Origin: Welwitschia mirabilis
Taxonomy: Eukaryota
Assembly: GCA_051453625.1 (NCBI GenBank)
Contig: JBOZIK010000001.1
Span: 8,246,940-8,292,735, forward strand
Direction: 5' to 3'
Length of the DNA stretch: 45,796 bases
Position numbers and translations under genes: made by a program. The notes under the pieces are model-generated. The model made no database searches and was not told the origin of the DNA. It worked only from the letters and a program-made list of their open reading frames with translations. The first letter of the stretch is position 1. Every line of letters begins with the position of its first letter. This document shows, piece by piece, positions 36,703 through 45,796 of the stretch.

Positions 36703-38523
36703 ATAAGAGAAAGTAAGGACTCTTAAAGTACTTAAGATTTATGAAATTAAAAGAGTAACTAATAAAAAGGAATTCATACAACTTAATTAAACTTGATAGT
36801 CATAGAAGTAATCTAAAAATTGTAATTATAATATTACTTACAAAGATTAAAGAAAAATAAAATTTTCATACAGAAAGAACAACTTTATATTAAAGAAAGA
36901 AGGAAGTAGGAAGAACTCTTTAAGCAATCCTCAAAGACTAACTCACTCCCCTAAAGAGTCATCTAAAACATCATCATAAGTTAATGCTCAAAAGTGCTCT
37001 AATTCTCCAAGGAAAAAGATGAATACAATAAAGGCTTCAGGATCCTTTTATAGGGAGAGATGAAGGATGGTTATAAGCTTTTAGCTTGTAGCATTAGTAG
37101 AATATTTATCATTTAGCATTAGATACATGAGATTTTACCTTGTAGTATTTGGTGGAGGTTCTCTTATAGCATTAGGTAGATAAGATTTTATTTTCTAGCA
37201 CTAGGTAAAATCTTTATCATTTAGTATTTGGTGAAGGTTACCTTATAGTATTTAATAGAGATTGTCACATAGTGTTAGGTGGAATCTTCATTATAATAAG
37301 TCCAACATGTGACCTTCAAAGCTAGATTCCTCTACCAACTATTGCTATTACCACATGTTTCTAATGCTGCCTTTGCATGACTTTGTTACATGTATTTAAA
37401 TTCTTTTACTATGTGTTACCATCTCATATCTCCATTACCATCATTGTTTTTTATGGAATTATACTCATCTTCTACCATGTATTCCAAAATGTAGCTAAAT
37501 ATCTACAATTAATATAAAGAAAAACATAATATTCAATTTTATTTTAAAAATAATAGAAGACATGTTTTATTATTAAAATAATTAAATTAATGTATCTATT
37601 TATAATAAATCGCCCTGAAACATTTAATATAAATGTCAATTTTTACATGTTAACACACCCCTAACTAGTCTTTTACTTATGCCTTCTCAAAAGTCAATGA
37701 TGAAATGGTTAAACATGGAAAAATTGTTTAAATTAAACGTGCTTGAAGTATGTTAATAATATAATTTGAAAACATTTATGACCAATTTTATGTGATTAAG
37801 GAANNNNNNNNNNNNNNNNNNNNNNNNNNNNNNNNNNNNNNNNNNNNNNNNNNNNNNNNNNNNNNNNNNNNNNNNNNNNNNNNNNNNNNNNNNNNNNNNN
37901 NNNAAATTTAGTGCCTTGTGGCATTTGGTGGAGATCGTCATAAAGCATTAGGTGGAATCTTTCTTATGATGAATTTAACACATCTCTTTGGGAGTCGGAT
38001 TCCTTTACCAACCAATGCTATTGCCACATGTCTTGAGTGCCACCTCCACATACCTCTTCCACATGTCTTCTAATGATACTACTACATGTCACCGCCTAAT
38101 TTTTCCATTTCCACTATTGTTTTATATAGAATTATGTCCATATTCTTTCATGTGTTCTAAAACGTCGCTAAAGATTTGCAATTACTATAGAGAAAAAGAT
38201 AATATTAAATTTTATTTTTAAAAACAATAGAAAACATACTTTATGATTAAAATAATTAAATTAATGTTTTCATTTAGAATAAACTAGCCTAAAATAATTG
38301 ATATAAATGTCAATTTTTACATGTTAACATATCCGTTAACTAGTCTTTTACTAGTGCCTTAGCAAAAAGTCAATAACGAAATGGTTAAACATTGAAAAAT
38401 TATCTATGTTAAAAGCACTTAAGTATGGGAATAATATAACTTAAAAAAATTATTAACCAATTTTATGTGATTAAGGAATTAAAGTAAAACATTTAGTGAA
38501 AATTGAGTAAAAATTTAGATTCC
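36703..38523 (-). repeat. Probable 3' LTR of Athila-like element D (left boundary uncertain)
   Basis: It starts next to the Athila-type PPT. In order on the - strand it has an AT-rich start, a short tandem repeat array, the TATA motif CCTATAAAAGG (37054-37044) and a T-rich leader. Confidence 0.55.
37089..37287. repeat. Degenerate array of ~8 units of 24-29 bp, each beginning TAGYAYT
   Basis: Examples: tagcattagtagaatatttatcatt / tagcattagatacatgagattttaccttg / tagtatttggtggaggttctctta / tagcattaggtagataagattttattttc / tagcactaggtaaaatctttatcatt. Confidence 0.75.
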
Positions 38524-38558
38524 AAACCCTCAATCAAAACTAACCTTTATCCTCAAAG
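38521..38558 (-). promoter_or_regulatory. Degenerate Athila-type PPT region
   Basis: The - strand reads CTTTGAGGATAAAGGTTAGTTTTGATTGAGGGTTTG, resembling the Athila CTTGAGGACAAGC...AAGTTTGGGGG|TG junction. Confidence 0.5.
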
Positions 38559-40199
38559 TTCATGATAAAAAATAAGTCATTTGAAAACATAGGCATAGAT
38601 AGATTATGAAGAGTTCTTTTATTTGAATAATATAAATTAGACTAAGGAAAAAGATAAGATATTTACAACCAAACATGTGCTAAGTGGGAAAAAATCCATA
38701 AAAATAGTTAATGCATTAGGAGTTATTTTTCATGAGAATAATATGATGTAAAATGTAGTGAAGTAATATGAGGTAAATGAGATGGAATATGCATAAATGA
38801 AGTAAAACCAGAAATTAATGAATAAGTAAGTAAACTATTATAAGTTGTCAATCCTTTATTTGTAATGTTTATGGATTATGATATCAACTAAGCTAGGTTT
38901 TAATCAAGTAACTTGTATGAATTTAAGAAATAGATGAAAATCCCAAGTATGAAAGTTAAGAGACAATAGTTCAGATAAAATCTCTCATTCCCATTTTTTC
39001 GTTTCTTTGTTTTCCCTTTGTACCTTTACATATGTCCTTAGTATTATGCCTTTAAATCACATTGAGCATTCAATGTTATAACATTTATTACCAATAGATT
39101 TAAGAATGTTGTATTATGTAGAAATTAGTGCTACATTACTAGTGAGCATTTGTAGCCTTGATGCAATTGAACATACCATAATTAGATCATTACAGCTACA
39201 TTGTTGATAGACATCCATAATCACAATGTAGTTAACTAAATCTAATTAAGTAATTAATGCTATGTGCTTTTGGAGAAAAGATATATTATTTTATATTTTT
39301 CATCTTTTCATAGTCATTTGTTATGCACTTTTAGTGGGCCATTGGATCATTAGCCTAGTTAAGACAAATCTTGTTCTTATTAAAGGATTTTTACTTAAAG
39401 AGTACATGCAAAGGTAGATCCCACCTTTTCAACTAAGTTTTATTAAATCCATAGATCTTTAGTAAATGCATTCTTAGCTAGCCTACTTAAAATAAGCATA
39501 CATTTCCCTAAAAACAAATAATCAAACTTGATCTTAACCATTACTTAGGTGATAATATAATATTTCATTATTGATTTTTATTTTAAGGGCTTTTAGCCTA
39601 GATAGGTAAGTCTAAAAAATACATGGGTTGATGGGTTGGATGAATGGTTTATGGGTTTAATAGAGTGATTTAACAATGAATTTAGTAAATGGCAAGGTTC
39701 AAAAGGGTGGTGGAATGAGTGATAATGTTTCAGACAATGTCCGTTGAGTTTANNNNNNNNNNNNNNNNNNNNNNNNNNNNNNNNNNNNNNNNNNNNNNNN
39801 NNNNNNNNNNNNNNNNNNNNNNNNNNNNNNNNNNNNNNNNNNNNNNNNNNNNNNNNNNNNNNNNNNNNNNNNNNNNNNNNNNNNNNNNNNNNNNNNNNNN
39901 NNNNNNNNNNNNNNNNNNNNNNNNNNNNNNNNNNNNNNNNNNNNNNNNNNNNNNNNNNNNNNNNNNNNNNNNNNNNNNNNNNNNNNNNNNNNNNNNNNNN
40001 NNNNNNAAGCAAACTTGATCTTAACCATTACTTATGTGATAACACAATATTTTATTATTGATTTTTATTATAAGGGCTTTTAGCCTAGATAAGTAAATCT
40101 CAAAAATACATGGGTTGATGGTTTGGATTAATGGCTTGTGGGTTTAATAGAGTGATTTGATAATGAATTTAGTAAATGGCAAGGTTCAACAGGGTGGTG

Positions 40200-43100
40200 G
40201 GATGAGTGATAATGTTTCAGACAATGTTTGTTGACTTTAAGGAGTTTATTAGTTTTAACATTTTTAATAAAAATAACTCCACATGATAAAATCTTCTTTA
40301 TTAAGAAGGGTTATTTTCACTTAGCTACTAGTGTTTTTAGAAAAATATGTAAGAATAAATTATATAGTAAGACTAGTTCTTCTTCTTGAAAATTTTTCCA
40401 AGGATATGTTAGTTATGAAACCTCTTCATCCTATCCTCATTTATTCTTATATTATAATNNNNNNNNNNNNNNNNNNNNNNNNNNNNNNNNNNNNNNNNNN
40501 NNNNNNNNNNNNNNNNNNNNNNNNNNNNNNNNNNNNNNNNNNNNNNNNNNNNNNNNNNTTATAATAGATGTTATTTCTAATTTCATCTAGTTCATTGAGT
40601 TGTATAACCCTATTTTATTTTACAACCTCTAAGTCTAAGTTCATATTCTTGATTGCCTAGTAAGCCTATGCTCAAGTTCCACAAGTAAATGACATGCTTT
40701 ATCATAAACTAATTGAAAAATTGAAATTCCTAATGGAATTTTGTAAGTAGTGTAGTATGCTCATGAGGACATTGTTAAGTTTGAAAGACCAATTCTTATG
40801 TGTTGAATTTGCTACTTTTTAAAGGATTTTATTAAGNNNNNNNNNNNNNNNNNNNNNNNNNNNNNNNNNNNNNNNNNNNNNNNNNNNNNNNNNNNNNNNN
40901 NNNNNNNNNNNNNNNNNNNNNNNNNNNNNNNNNNNNAGACCAATTCTTATGTGTTGAATTTGCTACTTTTTAAAGGATTTTATTAAGTTCTGTATTTGTA
41001 ACCTCAATTTGATTACTTATTTGCAAGTGATAATGTGTTGCAACTTTGTATGTAACCCCATAATGAGGGATAAGACTATCGAATATTTTATTATAAAAGT
41101 GTATTCCTCCATTACTAATTAAAACACATGGATAGCCAAAATAGGTTAAGACATCTTTAAAGAATTCAACTACCATTTTAGAATCATTTTTTCAACAAGA
41201 TTATGCTTCAACCCATTTAGTTATATAGTAAACATAAACAAAAACATATTAAGACCATTATATGATGGATAAGACCTTGAAAATCAATTTCCCATACATC
41301 AGAGGGTTCAATAGCAAGAATGGAATTTAAAGGCATCATTTGTCTTTATAAAAGATTCCTAACCTTTGATAGTTATCATAAGATTTATAATAAAGATAGG
41401 AGTCTTTAAAAATTAATGGCCAATAGAAATAGATTATAGGATTTTTGTTGCGGTCTTATCAGCTAAGTAATAACTCCCAGAAGCCTTAGAATGGTAATGT
41501 TTAAGTATGTTATGAACATTGGTTTGAGGGATACATTTATGAATAACTTAGTCTAGAAAGTATTTAAAATGATATAGGCTATTCCAAAATAAATATTTAA
41601 CTTAGCTCGAAAACATACTTTTATTGTTAATGATCTAGTGGGAAGGAATAGTTTTTTAAGNNNNNNNNNNNNNNNNNNNNNNNNNNNNNNNNNNNNNNNN
41701 NNNNNNNNNNNNNNNNNNNNNNNNNNNNNNNNNNNNNNNNNNNNNNNNNNNNNNNNNNNNTAAGCCCGTTATATGATGGATAAGTCCTTGAAAATCAATT
41801 TCCCACAAATCAGAGGGTTCAATAGCAAGGATGGGAAGGATGGGATTTAAAGGTGTCATTTGTCTTTATAAAATATTCCTAAACTTTGATAGTTATCATA
41901 AGATTTATAATAAAGATAGGAGTATTTAAAAAGCAATGGCCAATAGAAATAGATTAGAGAATTTTTGTTGCATTCTTATTAGCTAAGTAATAACTCCTAC
42001 AAGCCTTAGAATGGTAATGTTTAAGTATGTCATGAACATTGGTTTGAGGGATACATTTATGAATAACTTGGTCTAGAAAGTATTTAAAACAATAGGGGAT
42101 ATTATAAAATAAATATTTAACTTAGCTCAAAAACATACTTTTATTATTAATGTCTAGTGGGAAGGAATAGTTTTTAAGACTAAGTAATTTGCAATATCTA
42201 CAAACCAAGGTATTTCTTTAACTAAAAAGAAATGTTCATTCAAAAAAGTACTATCAGTGGATAAAGATTTTTGTAGATTATCTAAAGCTATGTGTGAAAG
42301 GTAATCTACAATAACATTATTAAATCATTTCTTATTTTTAATTTCTAAATTAAATTCTTAAAGAATAATCCATCTAATAAGTCATGGTTTTGAATATTTT
42401 TTGACAAAAGATATCTAATGGCTGAGTGACTAGTGTAAATAACTACCTTAGATCCTAAAAGGCATTGGCTAAATTTTTCAAGGATAAAGACAATATATNN
42501 NNNNNNNNNNNNNNNNNNNNNNNNNNNNNNNNNNNNNNNNNNNNNNNNNNNNNNNNNNNNNNNNNNNNNNNNNNNNNNNNNNNNNNNNNNNNNNNNNNNN
42601 NNNNNNNNNNNNNNNNNNNNNNNNNNNNNNNNNNNNNNNNNNNNNNNNNNNNNNNNNNNNNNNNNNNNNNNNNNNNNNNNNNNNNNNNNNNNNNNNNNNN
42701 NNNNNNNNNNNNNNNNNNNNNNNNNNNNNNNNNNNNNNNNNNNNNNNNNNNNNNNNNNNNNNNNNNNNNNNNNNNNNNNNNNNNNNNNNNNNNNNNNNNN
42801 NNNNNNNNNNNNNNNNNNNNNNNNNNNNNNNNNNNNNNNNNNNNNNNNNNNNNNNNNNNNNNNNNNNNNNNNNNNNNNNNNNNNNNNNNNNNNNNNNNNN
42901 NNNNNNNNNNNNNNNNNNNNNNNNNNNNNNNNNNNNNNNNNNNNNNNNNNNNNNNNNNNNNNNNNNNNNNNNNNNNNNNNNNNNNNNNNNNNNNNNNNNN
43001 NNNNNNNNNNNNNNNNNNNNNNNNNNNNNNNNNNNNNNNNNNNNNNNNNNNNNNNNNNNNNNNNNNNNNNNNNNNNNNNNNNNNNNNNNNNNNNNNNNNN

Positions 43101-45796
43101 NNNNNNNNNNNNNNNNNNNNNNNNNNNNNNNNNNNNNNNNNNNNNNNNNNNNNNNNNNNNNNNNNNNAGAAGCTTGTTCTCTATGATAAAATAATTGATT
43201 TAAGTATCATTTAAGGTTTTATTAGCATAATAAATCACAATTAGATTTTTATTAATTCTTTATTCTAAAATATCTCCTACTACAAATTTACTTACATCAG
43301 ACATAATCTTAAAAGGTAACTTTCAATTAAGTGATTAAATAATGGAAGTGGAAGTTAGTTTTTCTTTAAGTTATTTGAATGAATTTTAAGTCTAGAGTCA
43401 AGTTAAAGGAGGAATTCTTGCTCAAAAGATCATACAAAGGCTTAGAGATTTTACTAAAATACTAAATGAATTGATTATAATATCTTGCATGTTCTAAGAA
43501 TGATCTAATATATTTTTATTTTTGGTGGATTAGCAGGTATGTAATTAAGAAGAGCTTAGCTAGGTCTACCTAAATTTTTCCCTTAGAGATGATATGTCCT
43601 AAAACTACACCTTGGTTTACTGTAAAATGGCATTTCTTCTAATTAAGTACAAGGAATTTTCAATGCATCTTTTAAGGACACATTCTAAGTTGATCAAATA
43701 GTGGTTAAATAAGATTTAATAAATCAAGAAGTCATCCATGAAGATTTTAATACCTTAATATAATAAGTTAGAGAATATTTTAAACATTCAACATTGGAAA
43801 GTGGCAGGTGCATTACATAGGCCAAAGGGCATTCGTTTGTAAGTAAACATTCCATAGGAGCAAGTAAAGATAATATTGTCTTAATCTTTTAAAGAAATTT
43901 CAATACCATTACAATGTAAGTAATTATCTAAGAAATAGTGAAAAGGGTATTCCATAAGATGTTCTAAAATTTAATATAAAAAAGAAAGATAGTATTAATC
44001 TTTTCTAGACACAATATTTAATATTCTATAATCAATGCACATCCTTCATTTTTTAGCAGGTCTACTAGGGATCATTCTACTCATTAGGGATAAGGATAAT
44101 TTCTGATTTATTTGCTATATGATGAGTTGGAATTATCCACTTTCTATTGTAAATCGGAAAGATAATCCTATTATGGAGAAGTTTAATTACCTTATTTTTA
44201 ACTACTTTCCTCATAGTCAGATTTATCCTACGTTTTTATTCAATGGGTTGTTTGACATTTTCCTCTAAATAGATATAGTGCATGAAAATACTAGGGTCAA
44301 TACCTCTAATGTGAGTGAGGGTCTATCCTATAGTTATTTATTCTTTCTTAAGAGTCTAAGCAATTTATCTTCTTTAGTAGGATAAAATAAGAGTTTATGA
44401 CTATTAGGAAGGTACAATTATTACCTAAAAAAGCATATTTTAGGTTATCAGATAAGGGTTTGAGTTCTAAGTCAACTTTATTTTGGGCTATGAGGAATAT
44501 TTCTTGAGAGGATTTTATTTTATCATTTTTATAATTTTGAGAAATGTATTCCTAATTCTGAATAAGACTTTCTATCCTAATTATGTACTCTATTCCTTCA
44601 TCATTTAATGGAAATTTCATACCATTAAAAATGTTTAGCTCTATGGTTATGTTGCTAAATGAAATTTTCATTAATCCATTTTTGTAATTAATTAAGGCAT
44701 TTAAAGTTGCTAAGAATGGTCTTCCTAATATGATAAGTACTATTTGGTTTAATGAATTATTCATGTCAAAGACCANNNNNNNNNNNNNNNNNNNNNNNNN
44801 NNNNNNNNNNNNNNNNNNNNNNNNNNNNNNNNNNNNNNNNNNNNNNNNNNNNNNNNNNNNNNNNNNNNNNNNNNNTTAATCCCTAAAAAATCATATTTTA
44901 GGTCATCAGATAAGGGTTTGAGTGCTAAGTCAACTTTGTTTTGGGCTATGAGGCATATTTCTTAAGATATTTTTATTTTATCATTTTTAGAATAATGAGA
45001 AATGGATTCCTAATTCTTAACAAGGCTTTCTATCCTAGTTATGTACTCTACTCCTTCATCATTTGATGGAAACTTATACCATTAAAAACGTTTAGCTCTA
45101 TGGTTATGTTGCTAAATGAAATCTTCATTAATCCATTTTTGTAATTAATTAAGGTATTTGAAGTTGCTAAGAATGGTTTTTCTAATATCATAAGCACTAT
45201 TTGGTTTAATGAATTATTCATGTTAAAGACCATAAAATTGACTAGGAAGTAGTAATTATCCACTCTAACTATGACATCATAAATGACCTCTAATAGTATT
45301 TTAAAAACTTTGTTTACTAATTAGAGTTGGATTTGTATTTTTTTGAGTCCTTATAAGCCTAGATCCTTATAGGTCTTATAGGAAAGCAAGTTTACATTAG
45401 CTCCCAAATCCAATAAGGCTTGGTTGGATGTTTTGTTGCCTATGGTAATGGTAATTGTGGGACATCCAAAGTCTTTGTACTTTAGTGGGAATTGGTTTTA
45501 TAGAATTACAATTATTTGTTGAGCTAAAAAGGCCTAATATTTATTATTCATTTGCCTCATTATAGTGCATAATTCTTTAAGGAATTTAGCATAGGATGGA
45601 AAATATTTAATGGCTTCTAAAATGGGAATGTTTATCTTAATTTCTTTGAAACTTTCTAGAGCTTATAATTACTTTTTCATTATTTTGTCCTTTCTAAGTT
45701 GTTAGGAAAAAGATAATGATTATTTGTAAATAGGCAAAGGATTTTCACTCTTATCCTTTTCCTTGTTTTTTATAGGGTTTTGTTTATCCTTGGGAT
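40200..45796 (-). pseudogene. Athila-like Ty3/gypsy gag-pol pseudogene (protease, RT, RNase H, integrase)
   Basis: Gag end and protease: FKEIKINIPILEAIKYFPSYAKFLKELCT (~45650-45565) and ALLDLGANVNLL (~45420-45385), then IILGRPFLAT. RT: *RMCIDYR (~44048), RMPFGLCNAPATFQ (~43835-43794) and IFMDDF (~43746-43729). RNase H: PFKIMSDVS (~43316). Integrase: WEIDFQG, KWVEA, FGYPCVLISNGGIHF and KACHLLVELEH. C-terminus: FKVNKHCLKHY (~40240-40208). The domain order PR-RT-RH-INT is that of gypsy. Confidence 0.95.

Larger units (their letters stand above)
2055..45232. other. About 20 gap-flanking near-identical duplications (probable uncollapsed haplotypes)
   Basis: Approximate pairs include 2055-2523/2624-3091, 4579-5202/5303-5927, 8993-9902/10003-10763, 12388-12532/12633-12773, 14257-14391/14492-14625, 16617-17627/17728-18744, 19205-20176/20277-21246, 22905-23923/24024-24878, 24893-26136/26237-27600, 31970-32234/32335-32607, 35434-35859/35960-36386, 41251-41660/41761-42178 and 44421-44775/44876-45232. 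Each pair is split by an N-run of about 100. Confidence 0.9.
36703..45796 (-). mobile_element. Element D: Athila-like LTR retrotransposon (5' part beyond the window)
   Basis: Pol pseudogene, ~1 kb 3' non-coding region, PPT-like motif and LTR-like region occur in the correct order. Confidence 0.8.

Noticed and set aside
37089-37287. Repeat/spacer-like array considered as a CRISPR
   Set aside because: The units are whole-length degenerate tandem copies without unique spacers. They sit upstream of an LTR TATA box in plant DNA, and there are no cas genes.
168-43214. Many long ORFs in the track composed mostly of X (e.g. 7648-8280, 21819-22473, 30923-31632, 42465-43214)
   Set aside because: These are artefacts of N-runs, which contain no stop codons.

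Overview
AT-rich, CpG-depleted plant genomic DNA from a gappy draft assembly. It is a graveyard of nested, decayed LTR retrotransposons. I found no intact protein-coding gene, RNA gene, CRISPR array or prokaryotic system. Four elements can be delimited. (A) A Tekay-like Ty3/gypsy element on the + strand, 894-12239, flanked by the target-site duplication (TSD) ATACC. Its RT/RNaseH/integrase are not recognisable, and its interior carries what looks like an eroded PLS-class PPR gene, possibly with E/DYW domains. (B) An older - strand Tekay-like element into which A appears to have inserted, with LTR copies at <1-632 and ~16978-18664. (C) A Sirevirus (SIRE, Ty1/copia) on the - strand, 21021-31782, TSD ATAAG. 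It keeps gag, protease and the env-like ORF, but integrase, RT and most of RNase H are deleted. (D) An Athila-like Ty3/gypsy element on the - strand, from ~36700 to beyond the window end, with a full but pseudogenised pol. Most 100-N gaps are flanked by two diverged copies of the same sequence, most likely uncollapsed haplotypes. The most interesting signal is the PPR cargo in element A, plus weaker PPR-like remnants at two other places in the window. All protein assignments are by-eye motif matches and need HMM confirmation.
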